From the NCBI GenBank assembly GCA_021780155.1, contig JAJXZH010000011.1, positions 846 through 64,845 of the forward strand: a stretch of DNA of 64,000 nt, in the 5' to 3' direction. Below the pieces are notes generated by a model. The model worked only from the letters and a program-made list of their open reading frames with translations, was not told the origin of the DNA and did not search any database. This document shows, one piece after another, positions 10,621-19,551 of the stretch. Position 1 is the first letter of the stretch, and every line of letters starts with the position of its first letter. The stretch is from a bacterium. Its GTDB lineage: Bacteria > Patescibacteriota > Minisyncoccia > UBA6257 > JAGOQP01. A program made the position numbers and the translations under genes.

Positions 10621-11622
10621 TTACCATTGAGCATGTATATGAGCCCCGCTTTTCCAATTACCTCCATCAAAAACAGAGCTGCAACTGTCATAAAACGTCC
10701 CACTTATCTCGCATTTTGCAAAAGATGCTCCATTTTGTTTCAAGGTTTTAACAAACTCATCCCAAACATTGGGGTCTTTTGAAGATGAAACAACTATATC
10801 CATTGCTCTTCCTTGATAGTGATACGAATTAGTGGCGTGTTTTCCTCCGGTCAGACTTGTAACCATAAATTGGGGTGGAGTCGGGCTCACGCAGCCGGGC
10901 GCTTGAGGGGCCATCCCCGTACCCAAATCAACGGTCCCTTGAGAATATGTACCACAAACAATACTATCCAAAGTTTCTAACATATTAATACTCAGATTAA
11001 CACTTCCACTGGTTCCCCCTCTAACACAGTCACAGCTTGGACTGCAAACGAAAGGAAGAACCCCATTGCTTACATCATTAATGATTGATTTTGCATCGGT
11101 TCCTGAAGAACAATCGTGACTTTGAGAAAAAATTACTTCGCTTGGACTTTTTGATAAAATACTTGAAGCTATCTGAGATAAAAGACTTCTTTGCTCCGTT
11201 GACCCTCCGTTATTTGTTCCGCCACTGGTTTGCATAGGAGGAACAGGTTGAGATATAAGATTTAAGCTCACTAATTGGGGATTTATGGTATTTAAGATAA
11301 GATATGACCCGGCAAGCAACAAAAGACCCCAAATGGCACTCATTATCCTATCTTTGGCATCTCCCAAGGCCGATTCGTTACCTCCACTGGCAAGATATTC
11401 TATACCTCCATAAATAATCATAATTATTGCTAAAGTTCCGGAAATCCCTATTGCATAATTATAAAGCCCGGACACAAAAGAAGGAATCGATTGGGAATTT
11501 AAAAATGACGGATAATCAACATTTATAGTGCTTGTCGATTGAGCGAATACTGGCAAAAATAAAATAAATCCCAATCCAAAAATAATTGAAAATAAAACAA
11601 AATAATTATATTTTTTTTTCAT
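10621..11622 (-). CDS. VirB2/TrbC-like T4SS pilin domain fused to a C-terminal M15 (VanY-like) zinc peptidase domain
   Basis: Signal peptide. N-terminal region with two TM helices around a GG-N-ES loop (GGIEYLASGGNESALGDAK...AIWGLLLLAG), homologous to the six pilin paralogs at 36.4-38.8 kb. C-terminus has SYHYQGRAMD (the M15 SxHxxGxAxD motif) and a distal AHIH. Confidence 0.5.
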   Translation of the reverse strand: MKKKYNYFVLFSIIFGLGFILFLPVFAQSTSTINVDYPSFLNSQSIPSFVSGLYNYAIGISGTLAIIMIIYGGIEYLASGGNESALGDAKDRIMSAIWGLLLLAGSYLILNTINPQLVSLNLISQPVPPMQTSGGTNNGGSTEQRSLLSQIASSILSKSPSEVIFSQSHDCSSGTDAKSIINDVSNGVLPFVCSPSCDCVRGGTSGSVNLSINMLETLDSIVCGTYSQGTVDLGTGMAPQAPGCVSPTPPQFMVTSLTGGKHATNSYHYQGRAMDIVVSSSKDPNVWDEFVKTLKQNGASFAKCEISGTFYDSCSSVFDGGNWKSGAHIHAQW

Positions 11623-11628
11623 ATTATT

Positions 11629-12393
11629 TTATTGAATAGTAAAACTTATAGAACTCTGGGCCGACTCAATCGGATTATTTGCATTTTGAGCAGTTAGTCC
11701 GATATCTACAATCCCCGAGTTTATATTTTTTCCGAAATTAACGGACAAAGAAAATGGATCGTTTGCTATTCCTCCAAATTTTTTGTTTTCAACAGTCCAT
11801 GTCGGAACGATATCATATAATAAATTGGCATTAAAAAAGAACGGAGCAGAAGACAAGCTAATCATTGAATTGGCATTAATAATATTGCTAAAATTTTTAT
11901 TAAAAATTACTACTTCCGGATTGACTATCGGGATAGTAATATAGTTATCAACAAAAGAAACACTTCCATCTGACGGATTTTCAACCTCCGAAGAAATCCT
12001 AACACTCAAATTGTCCGAAGCGATCCATTTGTTAATAGGAAAAGAAATCGATTTTAAACCCTGACCCTGGTCATAATATTGATTATTGACATACCACTTG
12101 ACCAACCGATTGGAAAGGTCGAGCACTTTACCAAGATTGGTTTTATCTTGACCAATTAATTCGAAAGAAATATTAACTCTTGATCCCTTGCTGGGCAAAA
12201 TTTTCCCCTGATACCATTGAGGAGCAAAACTGCTGGCATTCCAAGAAACCATAAATTGTGGGTCGGCAGCAAAAACACTCGTTGGTAAAAACAACTGTGC
12301 AAGAATAACTAAAAATACAGAAATGACCGAGTATTTTATAAAACGAGTTATCATCTGTTTTATTATATCAAATAAGACAATAAATATAAACAA
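11629..12393 (-). CDS. N-terminally anchored extracytoplasmic protein (VirB8/PrgL-position protein, hypothetical)
   Basis: One N-terminal TM, then about 220 aa of soluble domain. Sits between VirB4 and the hydrolase, as VirB8-like proteins do in Gram-positive T4SS loci. No motif recognised. Confidence 0.3.
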   Translation of the reverse strand: MFIFIVLFDIIKQMITRFIKYSVISVFLVILAQLFLPTSVFAADPQFMVSWNASSFAPQWYQGKILPSKGSRVNISFELIGQDKTNLGKVLDLSNRLVKWYVNNQYYDQGQGLKSISFPINKWIASDNLSVRISSEVENPSDGSVSFVDNYITIPIVNPEVVIFNKNFSNIINANSMISLSSAPFFFNANLLYDIVPTWTVENKKFGGIANDPFSLSVNFGKNINSGIVDIGLTAQNANNPIESAQSSISFTIQ

Positions 12394-12404
12394 CTTTCAA
12401 AAAA

Positions 12405-12953
12405 TCATCTTGCTATTTTCTTTGAATTCATAGCCTTGGATGCTATGCCAAATGTTTTGTTAAAAGATTCGGGACTATTTGTGCTCCAGATAGTTAAAAT
12501 AGCAGCCACAGTAGTTATCGGCAACCAATCTATCCCGGGAATAAGTTCTACCGCTTGAGCAATGACATTTTTTCCAACACTGTTTACGCCTTTTATAAAA
12601 AGCCAGGCAATAATAACGGGCGCAAAAACAAATCTTGTTACCCATATCCCATCAAGAATATCCGAAATAATAGAAAGACCCATATAAAATATAATTTCAA
12701 TCAGATCAAATCTGGGACCGGACGATGCCGACGATACATCTTGACTATCTTCGTCTTTTTCTTCATCTGATATTTCGTCATCATCTTCGGACTCATCTTC
12801 GTCATCACTCTCATCACCTGAAACATCTTCTTCATCTTCCGAACGCTCATTTTCATCATCATTTAGATCTTCTTCGTATTGAGAATCGGATCCTTCCAAA
12901 AAATCGTCGCCGGAAGTATTATCTTCATTTTGATTTTCTTTTTCTTCATCCAT
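12405..12953 (-). CDS. membrane protein with poly-acidic N-terminal tail
   Basis: The first ~85 aa are almost entirely D/E/S (EDEEDVSGDESDDEDESEDDDE). Two TM helices follow. Confidence 0.35.
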   Translation of the reverse strand: MDEEKENQNEDNTSGDDFLEGSDSQYEEDLNDDENERSEDEEDVSGDESDDEDESEDDDEISDEEKDEDSQDVSSASSGPRFDLIEIIFYMGLSIISDILDGIWVTRFVFAPVIIAWLFIKGVNSVGKNVIAQAVELIPGIDWLPITTVAAILTIWSTNSPESFNKTFGIASKAMNSKKIAR

Positions 12954-12968
12954 TTTTATAATAAACCC

Positions 12969-14726
12969 TTAAACTAAACTCTCTTCTTCTCCCAAAAGTT
13001 GCTGAGGTTTGGTAGTAACAATCTTATCTTCAAAATAGGAAGCGGTCACTTGAATGGCAACGTGTTTTAGCCCGGCAAAAAACAATCCCTGCCCGACTCC
13101 CGCTTCAAGCAACAAATTTTTCTCCGCTTCTGTCAGGTTAAACGCTTTGGCAATATTATCTATACTGGTTGGAGATTGTTTCAATAAAAGCTGTAAAGAT
13201 GAGTTGGTGACTATCGGTTTTCCGTAGGGAGAATTTAAAAAATCATCTACCTCTTGTGTGATGGTGGTAATGCCTAAATAATATTTTCTACCTCTTTTTG
13301 CCAAAGAAAACAAAAACGAAGCTCCTTCGGGATATTTCATAATCACCCACGCCTCGTCAATAACCAAAATTCTTCTTTCCATTTGAGATTTAACTACATT
13401 CCAAATAAAGTTCAAAACAACATACATTGCCATCGGCCTTAATTCCTCCTCCAAATCTCTCATAGAAAAAACAACGAGACGATTATTTATATCTATATTT
13501 GTTTTCTGATTTATGAATCCGGAATAACTTCCTTGAGTATATTTATAAAGACGCTCAGCCATTCCTCTTCCCCCTTCCATATTTCTCAAAACAGTTTCAA
13601 GGTCGGACAACGTGGGTGGTTCAAGACTCAAAAAATTAGGATTGCTCGGAGTGATGTCTCTTGAGGCGTATGTTTCTGTTAAAGCTCTGTCCAAAATTCC
13701 TTCCTCCTCAACCGTCATATCTCCAAGCATAATTTTAAGCAATCCGGTAAGCGTTAGAATGTTTGATTTAAAAACATCGGCCGGATCTTCTCCTTTGGGA
13801 ACTATCGGAATGTCAAACGGATTAACATGCTGATCGGAAGTAAGTGAAATTTTAAAATATGTTCCACCAACGGTATCACAAAGATTTTTATATTCATTTT
13901 CCGGATCAATAACCATTACTTTTGTGCCCATCATCATTGACCTTAAGATCTCAAGCTTGGTGGCATAAGATTTTCCCGAACCGGATTTGGCAAAAACAAC
14001 TTGGTGAGCATTTTCCAAAGAAAATCTGTCAAAAATTATGAGCGAATTATTGTGAAGGTTTATTCCATATAAAATTCCATCCTCGGATGTAAGATCCATA
14101 GAAACAAATGGGAAAAAAGAAGAAATCGGACCGGAATTCATCGGAGTTCGCACCGCCAATTTGTCTTCTCCGATTGGAAGAACCGATTCAAAGCCTTCAA
14201 TCTGCTGAAAAATAGCCGGCTTAATGTAAATAATTTTACTCTCAAAAAGATTGGTGATTACCTCCTCAAGCTCGTTTAACTTTTCCAAAGTGTCACCATA
14301 AATTGTAATATAGACAGCCGAATCAAAAAGACGCTCCTGCGCTTGTTGCAACTTATCGCGCAAGGCCTCAATATCGGAAAAGGCGGTTTCCAGCATCGGA
14401 TCACGAACAAAACCCTTTGATTCTTTTTCGGATATTTCAGCTTCAATTTGAGCGGCTTTTTTCCTAAGATTTCTTAAAGCCAAAGCAGTGTCTATTGGGT
14501 GAGCAAAAATTGAAATATCAAAAAGTTTTGCCAAATTTATTATCGGCGAAAACCATCCACTGGAAAGAAATCTCGGATAAGAAAACACAAAAAGAGTTTT
14601 GGCAAATTTATCGCCTATTTTTATATAGTTTTGGTCAACTTCCAAAGCCGCCGGAGCGATTAAATTTTTGACTTCCGATTCTTCTTGTCCGGTATAAGGT
14701 TTTATAACTTTTATTTCTTCACTCAT
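12969..14726 (-). CDS. VirB4/TraE-family T4SS ATPase, C-terminal 585-aa portion
   Basis: Walker A VFAKSGSGKSYAT. Walker B ILVIDEAWV. The YPRFLSSGW motif matches the VirB4 central region. Confidence 0.85.
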   Translation of the reverse strand: MSEEIKVIKPYTGQEESEVKNLIAPAALEVDQNYIKIGDKFAKTLFVFSYPRFLSSGWFSPIINLAKLFDISIFAHPIDTALALRNLRKKAAQIEAEISEKESKGFVRDPMLETAFSDIEALRDKLQQAQERLFDSAVYITIYGDTLEKLNELEEVITNLFESKIIYIKPAIFQQIEGFESVLPIGEDKLAVRTPMNSGPISSFFPFVSMDLTSEDGILYGINLHNNSLIIFDRFSLENAHQVVFAKSGSGKSYATKLEILRSMMMGTKVMVIDPENEYKNLCDTVGGTYFKISLTSDQHVNPFDIPIVPKGEDPADVFKSNILTLTGLLKIMLGDMTVEEEGILDRALTETYASRDITPSNPNFLSLEPPTLSDLETVLRNMEGGRGMAERLYKYTQGSYSGFINQKTNIDINNRLVVFSMRDLEEELRPMAMYVVLNFIWNVVKSQMERRILVIDEAWVIMKYPEGASFLFSLAKRGRKYYLGITTITQEVDDFLNSPYGKPIVTNSSLQLLLKQSPTSIDNIAKAFNLTEAEKNLLLEAGVGQGLFFAGLKHVAIQVTASYFEDKIVTTKPQQLLGEEESLV

Positions 14727-14743
14727 TTTTATTTTATTGAAAA

Positions 14744-15430
14744 TTAATTTGCCGCCTGTTTTTCCAAATCCGGTTCCTTGGTTAATTGTTGCTTGATAGA
14801 AGATGGGTTATATAAATTGTAATAAAGTTCGGTCAATTCTTGGTCATTTAAAACTACAGCCCTCAATCCGATTCTTTCTATGCCGGACAAAACTTGATCT
14901 ATTCTTTGCCTTAACTGAATCAGTTGTTGTTCATAGGATTCTTGTTTTTCTTTTTTGCTGTCTTTTGATTTTCCAAAAAAACCGGTAATATTGCTGGTTA
15001 ATTTTTTGGCGCCGGCATTTTCATACGGAACAACCACAAAAAAAGTTTTAGTCATTATCTCATTTTCTTTGACAAACCCCTTTATATATTCCACATATTC
15101 ATCTATTTGATTTCTCAATAGCTCACTTTCTTCCTGCTGTCTTCTTTGGGCCATTTTTGAAAGATAGTTATCTATATTTATTTTTCTGGAATGAATGACG
15201 ATTTGAGTCGAAAAATCCAGAGAATTAAGAAAATCTTGATAATTGGCGGTAATAATATTTTGTTCTTCTTCGGATTTAAGTTCAAAATTTATTCCCGAAA
15301 CCATAATAACCGACCTCAATGCCCCGTCTTTTAATTTAACGATGCCGTCTTTTACTTCTTCTATGTCCACAAATTGCTGGGTTGAATTGGGAGCGATTTG
15401 AGTAGTTGTTTTTTGTTTATCTTCAGCCAT
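14744..15430 (-). CDS. VirB4 N-terminal domain (CagE/TrbE/VirB N-terminal region) encoded as a separate ORF
   Basis: The pattern VDIEEVKDGIVKLKDGALRSVIMVSGINFELKSEEEQ matches the N-terminus of Gram-positive VirB4 homologs. It ends 17 nt before the start of the ATPase ORF, in a different frame. Confidence 0.6.
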   Translation of the reverse strand: MAEDKQKTTTQIAPNSTQQFVDIEEVKDGIVKLKDGALRSVIMVSGINFELKSEEEQNIITANYQDFLNSLDFSTQIVIHSRKINIDNYLSKMAQRRQQEESELLRNQIDEYVEYIKGFVKENEIMTKTFFVVVPYENAGAKKLTSNITGFFGKSKDSKKEKQESYEQQLIQLRQRIDQVLSGIERIGLRAVVLNDQELTELYYNLYNPSSIKQQLTKEPDLEKQAAN

Positions 15431-15479
15431 ATTTTTAAATTATACCAAAAATTAAAATTAAAAGATAAAAATCAGACTC

Positions 15480-16016
15480 TTACCTGTAATCAATCCTGCG
15501 TGCCACTTCTTTTTCTCCGCTGATTCTTCTGAAAACCTGGTATTGTTCTTTAATGTCCGAAATTGGTTTTTTGGGAATAACTTTCTCTCTTTTGGGAATC
15601 GGGTTTTTAGTCGTCGTCATATCCTGCCACAATTTCGAAATCTGAGAAATTCCCGATGACGCCAAATCCAAAGCGCTTCTTTTGGCTTCCACTGTTTGCG
15701 GCTTGACTTGAGGAATTTCAAAAGTTTCCTTGATAACCGGCCTTTTCCACAAAAACATTTTCGGCTGCCAAAAAAATTTAGCCGCCAAAAAAGACAACAT
15801 ATAAAGCGGACGCCCATTAATTTTAACAAAAGCAAATGCCCCACCAAAAGACATTAAAACTATAAAAATCATCACCCAAATTGCCGTGTTTAAAACAAAG
15901 AAAAGGAAAAACGAAATTAAAGCCGGAGCCGCTATAAAACCAAATTGTTTTAAAGTGAGCGGACCGACTATCTTAGATTCAATATCAATAAATTGTGGGA
16001 CTTCAAATTGAGCCAT
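15480..16016 (-). CDS. PrgI/VirB3-like small T4SS membrane protein
   Basis: N-terminus FEVPQFIDIESKIVGPLTLKQFGFI followed by two TM helices, as in the PrgI family. Immediately upstream of VirB4, as in Gram-positive T4SS loci. Confidence 0.5.
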   Translation of the reverse strand: MAQFEVPQFIDIESKIVGPLTLKQFGFIAAPALISFFLFFVLNTAIWVMIFIVLMSFGGAFAFVKINGRPLYMLSFLAAKFFWQPKMFLWKRPVIKETFEIPQVKPQTVEAKRSALDLASSGISQISKLWQDMTTTKNPIPKREKVIPKKPISDIKEQYQVFRRISGEKEVARRIDYR

Positions 16017-16084
16017 ATGTAAATTATATCAAAAATTGAAGGTCAAAAGCCAATTACATTTTCCAAAAAAACCGGCCAAATAAC

Positions 16085-17299
16085 TCATTTTCTCATCGTC
16101 AAATTACTCAAATCAACCATACCACCACCAATATCATTATTTTTGTTTTCTACGGATGATTTGGCTGACGGCTGATTAAATGACGTAATTGGTGTTGAAG
16201 TTTTTGAGTTATCGGGAACATTGCTTGCGACATCCGTCTTAAAATTATTATCCAAAGAAGTTTTAAAGTTGCTTATATGAACCGTCTTAACCGGTTCTTC
16301 TTCGTATTTTTTGACCACCACCGGAATTTTTTGAATCGGTTGATCGGATGATAGAGGCTTTATTTGAGAGGGCATTTCTATCTTTGCTGATGAAACAAAA
16401 TTTTGTGTTTTTGCTGTCCCAAATGATTTCATATCCGAGCCAAAAAAACCTCCAAAAGAAGACGGAGCAAAATTTTTAATCGTCTGAGATTGAGCGATGC
16501 TTTGAGATTCTTCTTTTTTATGAAGAATAACCGGTCCCTCAGGAATTGTCGGCTTTGAAGCGGTTGGTTGGGATACGTTTGATTTTGAACCGACAGATAA
16601 TTGACCAAGGTTGACCTCTTGATTTATTTGAGGCTTTGGAGAAATGGCTCCGGTTTCGGCTTGAAAAGTTTTTTGACTTTGATTTGTTTGACTAAACGAA
16701 GTATCCGCAGTCGCAAGTCTGACAACATTCATATTGGCAAAAGAAGCACCTCTGGGAAGTTGAGCCGACTGATTAGCTTGAAGATTGTCCAAAGATATTG
16801 GCGCTGATTCTTTTGGTTTTTGAGAAGTAATATCGCCTTCAATTTTCAGCTTAACGGGCTCGGTTGAAAGAGATGATTTTAAATCTACAATTTCCGGATT
16901 TTTTTCTTTTAAAACTACTTGAGAAGAAACCTGGGTCGGCTCAATGATTTCTGATTCTTTTATAACTCCAATTTTTGATTTTATATAATTTTCTTCAATC
17001 TCTTTTTTAAAAGATTCAAATATCTTTTTATCCACCTGATGATATATCTCCAATGCCAATCTTGGATCTATCTGGAGGGCGTCTCTTATCTCTTTATACA
17101 AATCTTCTGAATTTATAATCCCAAGCAATACATAAAGACAAAGTTCAGATAATTTTTTTGATTTGATATCGGACAAATGATTGTCTCTTGCTATTGAATC
17201 TATAGCTTCATTGCTAAGAGGAGAAAAAACCACATCCCTTAATGTATCAGGTAGTGCGTTCCATCTTTCTCCAATTATTTTTTTTGAAATTGATATCAT
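16085..17299 (-). CDS. hypothetical cytoplasmic protein with ~100-aa folded N-terminal domain and long S/Q/K-rich disordered tail
   Basis: No TM, no motif, and low-complexity composition. It sits inside the T4SS-like cluster. Confidence 0.3.
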   Translation of the reverse strand: MISISKKIIGERWNALPDTLRDVVFSPLSNEAIDSIARDNHLSDIKSKKLSELCLYVLLGIINSEDLYKEIRDALQIDPRLALEIYHQVDKKIFESFKKEIEENYIKSKIGVIKESEIIEPTQVSSQVVLKEKNPEIVDLKSSLSTEPVKLKIEGDITSQKPKESAPISLDNLQANQSAQLPRGASFANMNVVRLATADTSFSQTNQSQKTFQAETGAISPKPQINQEVNLGQLSVGSKSNVSQPTASKPTIPEGPVILHKKEESQSIAQSQTIKNFAPSSFGGFFGSDMKSFGTAKTQNFVSSAKIEMPSQIKPLSSDQPIQKIPVVVKKYEEEPVKTVHISNFKTSLDNNFKTDVASNVPDNSKTSTPITSFNQPSAKSSVENKNNDIGGGMVDLSNLTMRK

Positions 17300-17321
17300 A
17301 TAAAAAATACAATATAAAATA

Positions 17322-19541
17322 CTATTTTTTAACTTCTGATTTAGCAGATGACAAAGTTTCAGTATTAGTTGTCATTCCTCCCATTATTGACCCCATACCT
17401 CTTCCGAGATTATCCGCCAACTGCTTCATCTTTGGATTTTTGGAAGATTTTAAAATTTCGACAGCCTTATCGTATTGTCCACCACTCAAAGCAGCTTCGA
17501 ATTCAGCATCAAGATTTTTAGTTGTCTTTTCCATTGTCGTCTTTTTTTCTTTAACAGTCTGAGCAAATCCTGCGGGACGATTTATTTCCCTGACAACTTC
17601 TTGCTCTTCGTCTATCTGACCTAAATTACCTCTAGCGTTCTGAAGTAATTGACTGAACATTTTAGCCATATTTTCATCATTAAGCTTTGACGCAGTAGCA
17701 CCTATTCCTCTGCCCTGTCTACCTCCCATGTTAGCCAAATAATTTTCACGAAACCTATCAGAAGCATCCTTATTTAATCCAAGAATCTCCGGCTTGCCAC
17801 TGAAAGCTTCATTCCCTACATTGCCAGCCATCGCTCTCCAATCTTCGGGACTAAATTTTCCATAAAACTCTTCGGCTTTCTTTTGATATTCCTCATAATT
17901 TCCTTCTTTCAAAGATTTCATCATTTCAGTGCTCATACCAAGACTTTTTTCTAAATTGTTAGCAATATTAGTTCTCCCTCCTTGTCTCAAATAATCAGCC
18001 TGTCTTGTAATTTCATCTATTCCGCCAAAGGCAGCTATGGTATCGCCATCCAATCTTCCTTGTTGCTGCATCGCCATTAAAAGACCGAGTTGTTCTTCTC
18101 TGGGCAATCCGGCATATGCTTCTCTTTGCCTATTTTTGTCCCATTTTTTGTATTCTTCAACAAAAGTTTCCGGCGGTTTTCCAAAAACCGGTTCGGCTTT
18201 CCTTTTTTCTGCAGAAGCTCCAGCATTTATTAACCCTTTACCAGCACGCCCAACCGTCTCTCTAGCAACCCAACCAACGCCAGGCACTTTTATTTTTCCA
18301 GCAAATGAAGACATTCTCGCTCCGATTTTTTCTACTCCAATTCCTCTCCCAATTGCAGCAGCAGCGGCACCAGATCCTCTTTTAGCATATTGAGTGGTTT
18401 TCGATCTTGCCCATCCACTCATTTTCCCGGATACTTTACTTGATTGTTTTAAAATAAAACTGCTTCCCGCCATTCCCAAACTCTGAGAAATTTTAAGACC
18501 TCCTATAAGTATCGCTCCGGACATTAAAGTTAACATAATAGCATCAAATCCATGAACCCCACCCGATTGACTGGCGGAATTAGTAAGTCCGCTAAATCCC
18601 AAATTGGATGATTGGCTCATCATTATCATTGACAGTTTTACAAACAAAAGCATAAGCGGAGCGAAAAACACCCATTTTAGAAAATGCGTCCACCAGTCAC
18701 GCCAAAATCTGTATGCAGATGGAAATATCCACAAAAGCCACGCTCCTGGAGATAAAATTAGTAAAAATGATATATAAAAATATCTAAGCAAAAACATAAG
18801 CGCTAAAACCAATAAAACAAAAGAGACGAAAACTGCGGCCAATACTTGAATAAAAATATTTATAATGTCTCCTATGTTTTGAATATCTCCTTGCGTACTT
18901 TTTGAACTCACGTCCATTACAGTAGAGGTTGTCGTCAAGATTGTTCCTATCTCACTATTTTGGACAATCATCATACTGGTTTTGTCGCTGACTTGAACAG
19001 GATCATTGTGATCTATATTTTGTTTTAGTGTTATATCTTGCAAAAAAGAATTGGAAAAGACATCCGAAACTTTTATAATCGCTCCGCCGATCATTAAGCT
19101 AAAATTTACAATCAAAGCGGCAACCACCAATTTCCACAAAATCGATTGAGCTTGATAACTTTTAATTCTCAAGATGGTGGCAATCGCTATGACAATTATT
19201 CCCAAAACAAAACCTAAATTAGCCAAATCTCGAAAAGTAGTCCACCCCACATAAACAAAACTGTGTGAATCAAAAATTTGAGTGGTAATTTTTTGAGTGA
19301 GTGTCAGAGAGGCGGACAATATGGTAGCGGCAAGTTTCATCATTCCCGCCACTAAAATGTCCTTTATCGTAAGCAATACTTTCAAAAAAATATCCGAAAT
19401 GGCTCCGGTAGCAAAAGATCCTATATTCAACAAACTAGGTAATGCGTATGCTCTCTCATGAAATAAAGAAAATGCCAAAAACAACACCAAACAAAAAATA
19501 ATGACTTTGCTTTGATTTGTTAATATCTTATTTCTTTTCAT
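17322..19541 (-). CDS. VirB6/TrbL-like polytopic membrane protein with long hydrophilic C-terminal extension
   Basis: Signal/TM followed by at least 6 TM helices in the first ~330 aa. A ~400-aa Gly/charged-rich tail follows. Position upstream of the PrgI-like and VirB4 genes matches PrgH/VirB6. Confidence 0.45.
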   Translation of the reverse strand: MKRNKILTNQSKVIIFCLVLFLAFSLFHERAYALPSLLNIGSFATGAISDIFLKVLLTIKDILVAGMMKLAATILSASLTLTQKITTQIFDSHSFVYVGWTTFRDLANLGFVLGIIVIAIATILRIKSYQAQSILWKLVVAALIVNFSLMIGGAIIKVSDVFSNSFLQDITLKQNIDHNDPVQVSDKTSMMIVQNSEIGTILTTTSTVMDVSSKSTQGDIQNIGDIINIFIQVLAAVFVSFVLLVLALMFLLRYFYISFLLILSPGAWLLWIFPSAYRFWRDWWTHFLKWVFFAPLMLLFVKLSMIMMSQSSNLGFSGLTNSASQSGGVHGFDAIMLTLMSGAILIGGLKISQSLGMAGSSFILKQSSKVSGKMSGWARSKTTQYAKRGSGAAAAAIGRGIGVEKIGARMSSFAGKIKVPGVGWVARETVGRAGKGLINAGASAEKRKAEPVFGKPPETFVEEYKKWDKNRQREAYAGLPREEQLGLLMAMQQQGRLDGDTIAAFGGIDEITRQADYLRQGGRTNIANNLEKSLGMSTEMMKSLKEGNYEEYQKKAEEFYGKFSPEDWRAMAGNVGNEAFSGKPEILGLNKDASDRFRENYLANMGGRQGRGIGATASKLNDENMAKMFSQLLQNARGNLGQIDEEQEVVREINRPAGFAQTVKEKKTTMEKTTKNLDAEFEAALSGGQYDKAVEILKSSKNPKMKQLADNLGRGMGSIMGGMTTNTETLSSAKSEVKK

Positions 19542-19551
19542 ATCATTTTAT

